From: Eledone cirrhosa
Lineage: Eukaryota
Direction: 5' to 3'
Assembly: GCA_964016885.1 (NCBI GenBank)
Contig: OZ024744.1
Coordinates: forward strand, 30,380,001-30,444,000
Length of the DNA: 64,000 nt
Shown here: piece after piece, positions 38,780 through 51,780 of the stretch
Numbering within the stretch: position 1 is the stretch's first letter
Layout of the letters: every line of letters starts with the position of its first letter
The notes under the pieces: model-generated
Seen by the model: the letters and a program-made list of their open reading frames with translations, nothing else
Told to the model about the DNA's origin: nothing
The model's database searches: none
Translations under genes and position numbers: made by a program

Positions 38780-41700
38780 CAGTGGGAGGTTGGTTCCTCT
38801 GTGTTTGGACCTGGTGTATATGAGAGATAGGGAGAGAGTGGGAGAGACGGAGGCAGTGACAGTGGGAGGTTGGTTCCTCTGTGTTTAGACAGGTGTATAT
38901 GAGAGATAGGGAGAGAGTGGGAGAGACGGAGGCAGTGACAGTGGGAGGTTGGTTCCTCTGTGTTTTGACCTGGTGTATATGAGAGATAGGGAGAGAGTGA
39001 GAGAGACCGAGGCAGTGACAGTGGGGGGTTGGTTCCTCTGTGTTTGGATCTGGTGTATATGAGAGATAGGGAGAGAGTGAGAGAGACGGAGGCAGTGACA
39101 GTGGGAGGTTGGTTCCTCTGTATTTGGACCTGGTATATATGAGAGATAGGGAGAGAGTGAGAGATGGAGGCAGTGACAGTGGGAGGTTGGTTCCTCAGTG
39201 TTTGGACCTGGTGTATATGAGAGATAGGGAGAGTGGTTGAGATGGAGGCAGTGACAGTGGGAGGTTGGTTCCTCTGTGTTTAGACCTGGTGTATTTGAGA
39301 GATAGGGAGAGAGTGGGAGAGATGGAGGCAGTGACAGTGGGAGGCTGGTTCCTCTGTGTTTGAACCTGGTGTATATGAGAGGTAGGGAGAGTGAGAGAGA
39401 CGGAGGCAGTGACAGTTGGAGGTTGGTTCCTCTGTGTTTGGACCTGGTGTATATGAGAGATAGGAAGTGTGGGAGAGACGGAGACAGTGACAGTGGGAGG
39501 TTGGTTCCTCTGTGTTTGGACCTGGTGTATATGAGAGATAGGGAGAGAGTGGGTGAGATGGAGGCAGTGGGAGGTGGGTTCCTCTGTGTTTGGACCTGGT
39601 GTATATGAGAGATAGGGAGAGAGTGGGTGAGATGGAGGCAGTGGGAGGTTGGTTCCTCTGTGTTTAGACCTGGTGTATATGAGAGATAGGGAGAGTGGGA
39701 GAGATGGAGACAGTGACAGTGGGAGGTTGGTTCATCTGTGTTTGGACCTGGTGTATATGAGAGAGAGGGAGAGAGTGGGAGGGATGGAGGCAGTGACAGT
39801 GGGAGGTTGGTTCCTCTGTGTTTGGACCTGGTGTATATGAGAGAGAGTGAGAGAGTGAGAGAGACGGAGGCAGTGACAGTGGGAGGTTGGTTCCTCTGTG
39901 TTTGGACCTGGTGTATATGAGAGAGAGGGAGAGAGTGGGAGAGACGGAGGCAGTGACAGTGGGAGGTTGGTTCCTCTGTGTTTAGACAGGTGTATATGAG
40001 AGATAGGGAGAGAGTGGGAGAGACGGAGGCAGTGACAGTGGGAGGTTGGTTCCTCTGTGTTTTGACCTGGTGTATATGAGAGATAGGGAGAGAGTGAGAG
40101 AGACGGAGGCAGTGACAGTGGGGGGTTGGTTCCTCTGTGTTTGGATCTGGTGTATATGAGAGATAGGGAGAGAGTGAGAGAGACGGAGGCAGTGACAGTG
40201 GGAGGTTGGTTCCTCTGTGTTTGGACCTGGTATATATGAGAGATAGGGAGAGAGGGAGAGATGGAGGCAGTGACAGTGGGAGGTTGGTTCCTCAGTGTTT
40301 AGACCTGGTGTATATCAGAGATAGGGAGAGTGGGAGAGATGGAGGCAGTGACAGTGGGAGGTTGGTTCCTCTGTGTTTGGACCTGGTGTATATGAGAGAG
40401 TGGGAGAGAGTGAGAGAGACGGAGGCAGTGACAGTGGGAGGTTGGTTCCTCAGTGTTTAGACCTGGTGTATATGAGAGATAGGGAGAGTGGGAGAGATGG
40501 AGGCAGTGACAGTGGGAGGTTGGTTCCTCTGTGTTTGGACCTGGTGTATATGAGAGGTAGGGAGAGTGAGAGAGACGGAGGCAGTGACAGTGGGAGGTTG
40601 GTTCCTCTGTGTTTAGACCTGGTGTATATGAGAGAGAGGGAGAGAGTGGGAGAGACGGAGGCAGTGAAAGTGGGAGGTTGGTTCCTCTGTGTTTGGACCT
40701 GGTGTATATGAGAGATAGGGAGAGTGGGAGAGATGGAGGCAGTGACAGTGGGAGGTTGGTTCCTCTGTGTTTGAACCTGGTGTATATGAGAGGTAGGGAG
40801 AGTGAGAGAGACGGAGGCAGTGACAGTTGGAGGTTGGTTCCTCTGTGTTTTGACCTGGTGTATATGAGAGATAGGGAGAGTGGGAGAGACGGAGACAGTG
40901 ACAGTGGGAGGTTGGTTCCTCTGTGTTTGGACCTGGTGTATATGAGAGATAGGGAGAGAGTGGGAGAGATGGAGGCAGTGACAGTGGGAGGTTGGTTCCT
41001 CTGTGTTTGGACCTGGTGTATATGAGAGATAGGGAGAGAGTGGGTGAGATGGAGGCAGTGGGAGGTTGGTTCCTCTGTGTTTAGACCTGGTGTATATGAG
41101 AGATAGGGAGAGTGGGAGAGATGGAGACAGTGACAGTGGGAGGTTGGTTCATCTGTGTTTGGACCTGGTGTATATGAGAGAGTGGGAGAGAGTGGGAGAG
41201 ACGGAGGCAGTGACAGTGGGAGGTTGGTTCCTCTGTGTTTAGACCTGGTGTATATGAGAGAGTGGGAGAGAGTGGGTGAGACGGAGGCAGTGACAGTGGG
41301 AGGTTGGTTCCTCTGTATTTTGACCATGTATATATGAGAGAGAGGGAGAGAGTGGGAGAGATGAAGGCAGTGACAGTGGGAGGTTGGTTCCTCTGTGTTT
41401 GGACCTGGTGTATATGAGAGAGAGTGAGAGAGTGAGAGAGACGGAGGCAGTGACAGTGGGAGGTTGGTTCCTCTGTGTTTAGACCTGGTGTATATAAGAG
41501 AGTGGGAGAGAGTGGGTGAGACGGAGGCAGTGACAGTGGGAGGTTGGTTCCTCTGTGTTTAGACCTGGTGTATATAAGAGAGTGGGAGAGAGTGGGTGAG
41601 ACGGAGTCAGTGACAGTGGGAGGTTGGTTCCTCTGTATTTTGACCATGTATATATGAGAGAGAGGGAGAGAGTGGGAGAGATGGAGGCAGTGACAGTGGG

Positions 41701-44700
41701 AGGTTGGTTCCTCTGTGTTTGGACCTGGTGTATATGAGAGAGAGTGAGAGAGTGAGAGAGACGGAGGCAGTGACAGTGGGAGGTTGGTTCCTCTGTGTTT
41801 GGACCTGGTGTATATGAGAGAGAGGGAGAGAGTGGGAGGGATGGAGGCAGTGACAGTGGGAGGTTGGTTCCTCTGTGTTTGGACCTGGTGTATATGAGAG
41901 ATAGGGAGAGAGTGAGAGAGACTGAGGCAGTGACAGTGGGAGGTTGGTTCCTCTGTGTTTAGACCTGGCGTATATAAGAGAGTGGGAGAGAGTGGGTGAG
42001 ACGGAGGCAGTGACAGTGGGAGGTTGGTTCCTCTGTGTTTAGACCTGGTGTATATAAGAGAGTGGGAGAGAGTGGGTGAGACGGAGGCAGTGACAGTGGG
42101 AGGTTGGTTCCTCTGTATTTTGACCATGTATATATGAGAGAGAGGGAGAGAGTGGGAGAGATGGAGGCAGTGACAGTGGGAGGTTGGTTCCTCTGTGTTT
42201 GGACCTGGTGTATATGAGAGAGCGTGAGAGAGTGAGAGAGACGGAGGCAGTGACAGTGGGAGGTTGGTTCCTCTGTGTTTGGACCTGGTGTATATGAGAG
42301 AGAGGGAGAGAGTGGGAGGGATGGAGGCAGTGACAGTGGGAGGTTGGTTCCTCTGTGTTTGGACCTGGTGTATATGAGAGATAGGGAGAGAGTGAGAGAG
42401 ACTGAGGCAGTGACAGTGGGAGGTTGGTTCCTCTGTATTTTGACCTGGTGTATATGAGAGAGTGGGAGAGAGTGAGAGAGATGGAGGCAGTGACAGTGGG
42501 AGGTTGGTTCCTCTGTGTTTGAACCTGGTGTATATGAGAGATAGGGAGAGTGGGAGAGACGGAGGCATTGACAGTGGGAGGTTGGTTCCTCTGTGTTTAG
42601 GCAGGTGTATATGAGAGATAGGGAGAGAGTGGGAGAGACGGAGGCAGTGACAGTGGGAGGTTGGTTCCTCTGTGTTTGGACCTGGTGTATATGAGAGATA
42701 GGGAGAGAGTGGGAGAGACGGAGGCAGTGACAGTGGGAGGTTGGTTCCTCTGTGTTTAGACAGGTGTATATGAGAGATAGGGAGAGAGTGGGAGAGACGG
42801 AGGCAGTGACAGTGGGAGGTTGGTTCCTCTGTGTTTTGACCTGGTGTATATGAGAGATAGGGAGAGAGTGAGAGAGACCGAGGCAGTGACAGTGGGGGGT
42901 TGGTTCCTCTGTGTTTGGATCTGGTGTATATGAGAGATAGGGAGAGAGTGAGAGAGACGGAGGCAGTGACAGTGGGAGGTTGGTTCCTCTGTATTTGGAC
43001 CTGGTATATATGAGAGATAGGGAGAGAGTGAGAGATGGAGGCAGTGACAGTGGGAGGTTGGTTCCTCAGTGTTTGGACCTGGTGTATATGAGAGATAGGG
43101 AGAGTGGGAGAGATGGAGGCAGTGACAGTGGGAGGTTGGTTCCTCTGTGTTTGAACCTGGTGTATATGAGAGGTAGGGAGAGTGAGAGAGACGGAGGCAG
43201 TGACAGTTGGAGGTTGGTTCCTCTGTGTTTGGACCTGGTGTATATGAGAGATAGGAAGTGTGGGAGAGACGGAGACAGTGACAGTGGGAGGTTGGTTCCT
43301 CTGTGTTTGGACCTGGTGTATATGAGAGATAGGGAGAGAGTGGGTGAGATGGAGGCAGTGGGAGGTGGGTTCCTCTGTGTTTGGACCTGGTGTATATGAG
43401 AGATAGGGAGAGAGTGGGTGAGATGGAGGCAGTGGGAGGTTGGTTCCTCTGTGTTTAGACCTGGTGTATATGAGAGATAGGGAGAGTGGGAGAGATGGAG
43501 ACAGTGACAGTGGGAGGTTGGTTCATCTGTGTTTGGACCTGGTGTATATGAGAGAGAGGGAGAGAGTGGGAGGGATGGAGGCAGTGACAGTGGGAGGTTG
43601 GTTCCTCTGTGTTTGGACCTGGTGTATATGAGAGAGCGTGAGAGAGTGAGAGAGACGGAGGCAGTGACAGTGGGAGGTTGGTTCCTCTGTGTTTGGACCT
43701 GGTGTATATGAGAGAGAGGGAGAGAGTGGGAGGGATGGAGGCAGTGACAGTGGGAGGTTGGTTCCTCTGTGTTTGGACCTGGTGTATATGAGAGATAGGG
43801 AGAGAGTGAGAGAGACTGAGGCAGTGACAGTGGGAGGTTGGTTCCTCTGTATTTTGACCTGGTGTATATGAGAGAGTGGGAGAGAGTGAGAGAGATGGAG
43901 GCAGTGACAGTGGGAGGTTGGTTCCTCTGTGTTTGAACCTGGTGTATATGAGAGATAGGGAGAGTGGGAAAGACGGAGGCATTGACAGTGGGAGGTTGGT
44001 TCCTCTGTGTTTAGGCAGGTGTATATGAGAGATAGGGAGAGAGTGGGAGAGACGGAGGCAGTGACAGTGGGAGGTTGGTTCCTCTGTGTTTGGACCTGGT
44101 GTATATGAGAGATAGGGAGAGAGTGGGAGAGACGGAGGCAGTGACAGTGGGAGGTTGGTTCCTCTGTGTTTAGACAGGTGTATATGAGAGATAGGGAGAG
44201 AGTGGGAGAGACGGAGGCAGTGACAGTGGGAGGTTGGTTCCTCTGTGTTTTGACCTGGTGTATATGAGAGATAGGGAGAGAGTGAGAGAGACCGAGGCAG
44301 TGACAGTGGGGGGTTGGTTCCTCTGTGTTTGGATCTGGTGTATATGAGAGATAGGGAGAGAGTGAGAGAGACGGAGGCAGTGACAGTGGGAGGTTGGTTC
44401 CTCTGTATTTGGACCTGGTATATATGAGAGATAGGGAGAGAGTGAGAGATGGAGGCAGTGACAGTGGGAGATTGGTTCCTCAGTGTTTGGACCTGGTGTA
44501 TATGAGAGATAGGGAGAGTGGGAGAGATGGAGGCAGTGACAGTGGGAGGTTGGTTCCTCTGTGTTTGAACCTGGTGTATATGAGAGGTAGGGAGAGTGAG
44601 AGAGACGGAGGCAGTGACAGTTGGAGGTTGGTTCCTCTGTGTTTGGACCTGGTGTATATGAGAGATAGGAAGTGTGGGAGAGACGGAGACAGTGACAGTG

Positions 44701-47700
44701 GGAGGTTGGTTCCTCTGTGTTTGGACCTGGTGTATATGAGAGATAGGGAGAGAGTGGGTGAGATGGAGGCAGTGGGAGGTGGGTTCCTCTGTGTTTGGAC
44801 CTGGTGTATATGAGAGATAGGGAGAGAGTGGGTGAGATGGAGGCAGTGGGAGGTTGGTTCCTCTGTGTTTAGACCTGGTGTATATGAGAGATAGGGAGAG
44901 TGGGAGAGATGGAGACAGTGACAGTGGGAGGTTGGTTCATCTGTGTTTGGACCTGGTGTATATGAGAGAGAGGGAGAGAGTGGGAGGGATGGAGGCAGTG
45001 ACAGTGGGAGGTTGGTTCCTCTGTGTTTGGACCTGGTGTATATGAGAGAGAGTGAGAGAGTGAGAGAGTGAGAGAGACGGAGGCAGTGACAGTGGGAGGT
45101 TGGTTCCTCTGTGTTTGGACCTGGTGTATATGAGAGAGAGGGAGAGAGTGGGAGGGATGGAGGCAGTGACAGTGGGAGGTTGGTTCCTCTGTATTTTGAC
45201 CATGTATATATGAGAGAGAGGGAGAGAGTGGGAGAGATGGAGGCAGTGACAGTGGGAGGTTGGTTCCTCTGTGTTTGGACATGGTGTATATGAGACATAG
45301 GGAGAGAGTGAGAGAGATGGAGGCAGTGACAGTGGGAGGTTGGTTCCTCTGTGTTTGAACCTGGTGTATATGAGAGATAGGGAGAGAGTGGGAGAGACGG
45401 AGGCATTGACAGTGGGAGGTTGGTTCCTCTGTGTTTAGGCAGGTGTATATGAGAGATAGGGAGAGAGTGGGAGAGACGGAGGCAGTGACAGTGGGAGGTT
45501 GGTTCCTCTGTGTTTAGACAGGTGTATATGAGAGATAGGGAGAGAGTGGGAGAGACGGAGGCAGTGACAGTGGGAGGTTGGTTCCTCTGTGTTTTGACCT
45601 GGTGTATATGAGAGATAGGGAGAGAGTGAGAGGGACGGAGGCAGTGACAGTGGGAGGTTGGTTCCTCTGTGTTTGGACCTGGTGTATATGAGAGATAGGG
45701 AGAGTGGGAGAGATGGAGGCAGTGACAGTGGGAGGTTGGTTCCTCTGTGTTTAGACCTGGTGTATTTGAGAGATAGGGAGAGAGTGGGAGAGATGGAGGC
45801 AGTGACAGTGGGAGGTTGGTTCCTCTGTGTTTGAACCTGGTGTATATGAGAGGTAGGGAGAGTGAGAGAGACGGAGGCAGTGACAGTTGGAGGTTGGTTC
45901 CTCTGTGTTTGGACCTGGTGTATATGAGAGATAGGGAGAGTGGGAGAGACGGAGACAGTGACAGTGGGAGGTTGGTTCCTCTGTGTTTGGACCTGGTGTA
46001 TATGAGAGATAGGGAGAGAGTGGGAGAGATGGAGGCAGTGACAGTGGGAGGTTGGTTCCTCTGTGTTTGGACCTGGTGTATATGAGAGATAGGGAGAGAG
46101 TGGGTGAGATGGAGGCAGTGGGAGGTTGGTTCCTCTGTGTTTAGACCTGGTGTATATGAGAGATAGGGAGAGTGGGAGAGATGGAGACAGTGACAGTGGG
46201 AGGTTGGTTCATCTGTGTTTGGACCTGGTGTATATGAGAGAGTGGGAGAGAGTGGGAGAGACGGAGGCAGTGACAGTGGGAGGTTGGTTCCTCTGTGTTT
46301 AGACCTGGTGTATATGAGAGAGTGGGAGAGAGTGGGTGAGACGGAGGCAGTGACAGTGGGAGGTTGGTTCCTCTGTATTTTGACCATGTATATATGAGAG
46401 AGAGGGAGAGAGTGGGAGAGATGGAGGCAGTGACAGTGGGAGGTTGGTTCCTCTGTGTTTGGACCTGGTGTATATGAGAGAGAGTGAGAGAGTGAGAGAG
46501 ACGGAGGCAGTGACAGTGGGAGGTTGGTTCCTCTGTGTTTAGACCTGGTGTATATAAGAGAGTGGGAGAGAGTGGGTGAGACGGAGGCAGTGACAGTGGG
46601 AGCTTGGTTCCTCTGTGTTTAGACCTGGTGTATATAAGAGAGTGGGAGAGAGTGGGTGAGACGGAGGCAGTGACAGTGGGAGGTTGGTTCCTCTGTATTT
46701 TGACCATGTATATATGAGAGAGAGGGAGAGAGTGGGAGAGATGGAGGCAGTGACAGTGGGAGGTTGGTTCCTCTGGGTTTGGACCTGGTGTATATGAGAG
46801 AGAGTGAGAGAGTGAGAGAGACGGAGGCAGTGACAGTGGGAGGTTGGTTCCTCTGTGTTTGGACCTGGTGTATAGGAGAGAGAGGGAGAGAGTGGGAAGG
46901 ATGGAGGCAGTGACAGTGGGAGGTTGGTTCCTCTGTGTTTGGACCTGGTGTATATGAGAGATAGGGAGAGAGTGAGAGAGACTGAGGCAGTGACAGTGGG
47001 AGGTTGGTTCCTCTGTGTTTGGACCTGGTGTATATGAGAGATAGGGAGAGAGTGGGAGAGACGGAGGCAGTGACAGTGGGAGGTTGGTTCCTCTGTGTTT
47101 AGACAGGTGTATATGAGAGATAGGGAGAGAGTGGGAGAGACGGAGGCAGTGACAGTGGGAGGTTGGTTCCTCTGTGTTTTGACCTGGTGTATATGAGAGA
47201 TAGGGAGAGAGTGAGAGAGACCGAGGCAGTGACAGTGGGGGGTTGGTTCCTCTGTGTTTGGATCTGGTGTATATGAGAGATAGGGAGAGAGTGAGAGAGA
47301 CGGAGGCAGTGACAGTGGGAGGTTGGTTCCTCTGTATTTGGACCTGGTATATATGAGAGATAGGGAGAGAGTGAGAGATGGAGGCAGTGACAGTGGGAGG
47401 TTGGTTCCTCAGTGTTTGGACCTGGTGTATATGAGAGATAGGGAGAGTGGTTGAGATGGAGGCAGTGACAGTGGGAGGTTGGTTCCTCTGTGTTTAGACC
47501 TGGTGTAATTGAGAGATAGGGAGAGAGTGGGAGAGATGGAGGCAGTGACAGTGGGAGGCTGGTTCCTCTGTGTTTGAACCTGGTGTATATGAGAGGTAGG
47601 GAGAGTGAGAGAGACGGAGGCAGTGACAGTTGGAGGTTGGTTCCTCTGTGTTTGGACCTGGTGTATATGAGAGATAGGAAGTGTGGGAGAGACGGAGACA

Positions 47701-50700
47701 GTGACAGTGGGAGGTTGGTTCCTCTGTGTTTGGACCTGGTGTATATGAGAGATAGGGAGAGAGTGGGTGAGATGGAGGCAGTGGCAGGTGGGTTCCTCTG
47801 TGTTTGGACCTGGTGTATATGAGAGATAGGGAGAGAGTGGGTGAGATGGAGGCAGTGGGAGGTTGGTTCCTCTGTGTTTAGACCTGGTGTATATGAGAGA
47901 TAGGGAGAGTGGGAGAGATGGAGACAGTGACAGTGGGAGGTTGGTTCATCTGTGTTTGGACCTGGTGTATATGAGAGAGAGGGAGAGAGTGGGAGGGATG
48001 GAGGCAGTGACAGTGGGAGGTTGGTTCCTCTGTGTTTGGACCTGGTGTATATGAGAGAGAGTGAGATTGTGAGAGAGACGGAGGCAGTGACAGTGGGAGG
48101 TTGGTTCCTCTGTGTTTGGACCTGGTGTATATGAGAGAGAGGGAGAGAGTGGGAGAGACGGAGGCAGTGACAGTGGGAGGTTGGTTCCTCTGTGTTTAGA
48201 CAGGTGTATATGAGAGATAGGGAGAGAGTGGGAGAGACGGAGGCAGTGACAGTGGGAGGTTGGTTCCTCTGTGTTTTGACCTGGTGTATATGAGAGATAG
48301 GGAGAGAGTGAGAGAGACGGAGGCAGTGACAGTGGGGGGTTGGTTCCTCTGTGTTTGGATCTGGTGTATATGAGAGATAGGGAGAGAGTGAGAGAGACGG
48401 AGGCAGTGACAGTGGGAGGTTGGTTCCTCTGTGTTTGGACCTGGTATATATGAGAGATAGGGAGAGAGGGAGAGATGGAGGCAGTGACAGTGGGAGGTTG
48501 GTTCCTCAGTGTTTAGACCTGGTGTATATCAGAGATAGGGAGAGTGGGAGAGATGGAGGCAGTGACAGTGGGAGGTTGGTTCCTCTGTGTTTGGACCTGG
48601 TGTATATGAGAGAGTGGGAGAGAGTGAGAGAGACGGAGGCAGTGACAGTGGGAGGTTGGTTCCTCAGTGTTTAGACCTGGTGTATATGAGAGATAGGGAG
48701 AGTGGGAGAGATGGAGGCAGTGACAGTGGGAGGTTGGTTCCTCAGTGTTTAGACCTGGTGTATATGAGAGAGAGGGAGAGAGTGGGAGAGACGGAGGCAG
48801 TGAAAGTGGGAGGTTGGTTCCTCTGTGTTTGGACCTGGTGTATATGAGAGATAGGGAGAGTGGGAGAGATGGAGGCAGTGACAGTGGGAGGTTGGTTCCT
48901 CTGTGTTTGAACCTGGTGTATATGAGAGGTAGGGAGAGTGAGAGAGACGGAGGCAGTGACAGTTGGAGGTTGGTTCCTCTGTGTTTGGACCTGGTGTATA
49001 TGAGAGATAGGGAGAGTGGGAGAGACGGAGACAGTGACAGTGGGAGGTTGGTTCCTCTGTGTTTGGACCTGGTGTATATGAGAGATAGGGAGAGAGTGGG
49101 AGAGATGGAGGCAGTGACAGTGGGAGGTTGGTTCCTCTGTGTTTGGACCTGGTGTATATGAGAGATAGGGAGAGAGTGGGTGAGATGGAGGCAGTGGGAG
49201 GTTGGTTCCTCTGTGTTTAGACCTGGTGTATATGAGAGATAGGGAGAGTGGGAGAGATGGAGACAGTGACAGTGGGAGGTTGGTTCATCTGTGTTTGGAC
49301 CTGGTGTATATGAGAGAGTGGGAGAGAGTGGGAGAGACGGAGGCAGTGACAGTGGGAGGTTGGTTCCTCTGTGTTTAGACCTGGTGTATATGAGAGAGTG
49401 GGAGAGAGTGGGTGAGACGGAGGCAGTGACAGTGGGAGGTTGGTTCCTCTGTATTTTGACCATGTATATATGAGAGAGAGGGAGAGAGTGGGAGAGATGA
49501 AGGCAGTGACAGTGGGAGGTTGGTTCCTCTGTGTTTGGACCTGGTGTATATGAGAGAGAGTGAGAGAGTGAGAGAGACGGAGGCAGTGACAGTGGGAGGT
49601 TGGTTCCTCTGTGTTTAGACCTGGTGTATATAAGAGAGTGGGAGAGAGTGGGTGAGACGGAGGCAGTGACAGTGGGAGGTTGGTTCCTCTGTGTTTAGAC
49701 CTGGTGTATATAAGAGAGTGGGAGAGAGTGGGTGAGACGGAGGCAGTGACAGTGGGAGGTTGGTTCCTCTGTATTTTGACCATGTATATATGAGAGAGAG
49801 GGAGAGAGTGGGAGAGATGGAGGCAGTGACAGTGGGAGGTTGGTTCCTCTGTGTTTGGACCTGGTGTATATGAGAGAGAGTGAGAGAGTGAGAGAGACGG
49901 AGGCAGTGACAGTGGGAGGTTGGTTCCTCTGTGTTTGGACCTGGTGTATATGAGAGAGAGGGAGAGAGTGGGAGGGATGGAGGCAGTGACAGTGGGAGGT
50001 TGGTTCCTCTGTGTTTGGACCTGGTGTATATGAGAGATAGGGAGAGAGTGAGAGAGACTGAGGCAGTGACAGTGGGAGGTTGGTTCCTCTGTGTTTAGAC
50101 CTGGCGTATATAAGAGAGTGGGAGAGAGTGGGTGAGACGGAGGCAGTGACAGTGGGAGGTTGGTTCCTCTGTGTTTAGACCTGGTGTATATAAGAGAGTG
50201 GGAGAGAGTGGGTGAGACGGAGGCAGTGACAGTGGGAGGTTGGTTCCTCTGTATTTTGACCATGTATATATGAGAGAGAGGGAGAGAGTGGGAGAGATGG
50301 AGGCAGTGACAGTGGGAGGTTGGTTCCTCTGTGTTTGGACCTGGTGTATATGAGAGAGCGTGAGAGAGTGAGAGAGACGGAGGCAGTGACAGTGGGAGGT
50401 TGGTTCCTCTGTGTTTGGACCTGGTGTATATGAGAGAGAGGGAGAGAGTGGGAGGGATGGAGGCAGTGACAGTGGGAGGTTGGTTCCTCTGTGTTTGGAC
50501 CTGGTGTATATGAGAGATAGGGAGAGAGTGAGAGAGACTGAGGCAGTGACAGTGGGAGGTTGGTTCCTCTGTATTTTGACCTGGTGTATATGAGAGAGTG
50601 GGAGAGAGTGAGAGAGATGGAGGCAGTGACAGTGGGAGGTTGGTTCCTCTGTGTTTGAACCTGGTGTATATGAGAGATAGGGAGAGTGGGAGAGACGGAG

Positions 50701-51780
50701 GCATTGACAGTGGGAGGTTGGTTCCTCTGTGTTTAGGCAGGTGTATATGAGAGATAGGGAGAGAGTGGGAGAGACGGAGGCAGTGACAGTGGGAGGTTGG
50801 TTCCTCTGTGTTTGGACCTGGTGTATATGAGAGATAGGGAGAGAGTGGGAGAGACGGAGGCAGTGACAGTGGGAGGTTGGTTCCTCTGTGTTTAGACAGG
50901 TGTATATGAGAGATAGGGAGAGAGTGGGAGAGACGGAGGCAGTGACAGTGGGAGGTTGGTTCCTCTGTGTTTTGACCTGGTGTATATGAGAGATAGGGAG
51001 AGAGTGAGAGAGACCGAGGCAGTGACAGTGGGGGGTTGGTTCCTCTGTGTTTGGATCTGGTGTATATGAGAGATAGGGAGAGAGTGAGAGAGACGGAGGC
51101 AGTGACAGTGGGAGGTTGGTTCCTCTGTATTTGGACCTGGTATATATGAGAGATAGGGAGAGAGTGAGAGATGGAGGCAGTGACAGTGGGAGGTTGGTTC
51201 CTCAGTGTTTGGACCTGGTGTATATGAGAGATAGGGAGAGTGGGAGAGATGGAGGCAGTGACAGTGGGAGGTTGGTTCCTCTGTGTTTGAACCTGGTGTA
51301 TATGAGAGGTAGGGAGAGTGAGAGAGACGGAGGCAGTGACAGTTGGAGGTTGGTTCCTCTGTGTTTGGACCTGGTGTATATGAGAGATAGGAAGTGTGGG
51401 AGAGACGGAGACAGTGACAGTGGGAGGTTGGTTCCTCTGTGTTTGGACCTGGTGTATATGAGAGATAGGGAGAGAGTGGGTGAGATGGAGGCAGTGGGAG
51501 GTGGGTTCCTCTGTGTTTGGACCTGGTGTATATGAGAGATAGGGAGAGAGTGGGTGAGATGGAGGCAGTGGGAGGTTGGTTCCTCTGTGTTTAGACCTGG
51601 TGTATATGAGAGATAGGGAGAGTGGGAGAGATGGAGACAGTGACAGTGGGAGGTTGGTTCATCTGTGTTTGGACCTGGTGTATATGAGAGAGAGGGAGAG
51701 AGTGGGAGGGATGGAGGCAGTGACAGTGGGAGGTTGGTTCCTCTGTGTTTGGACCTGGTGTATATGAGAGAGAGTGAGAG
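38780..51780 (+). repeat. Dispersed duplication of an ~4.8-kb block (~38.8-43.6 kb copied at ~47.0-51.8 kb), offset 8214 then 8136
   Basis: GTGGTTGAG (~39233, ~47447) and GAGGCTGGTT (39341, 47555) at offset 8214. ATGAAGGCAG (41361, 49497), CCTGGCGTATA (41964, 50100) and AGCGTGAG (42221, 50357) at offset 8136. One 78-bp monomer is missing from the second copy near 48.7 kb. Confidence 0.85.
42200..45040 (+). repeat. 1414-bp (~18-monomer) tandem duplication
   Basis: AGCGTGAG at 42221 and 43635. ORF pairs 42275/43689, 42980/44394 and 43440/44854 are all offset by 1414. Confidence 0.88.
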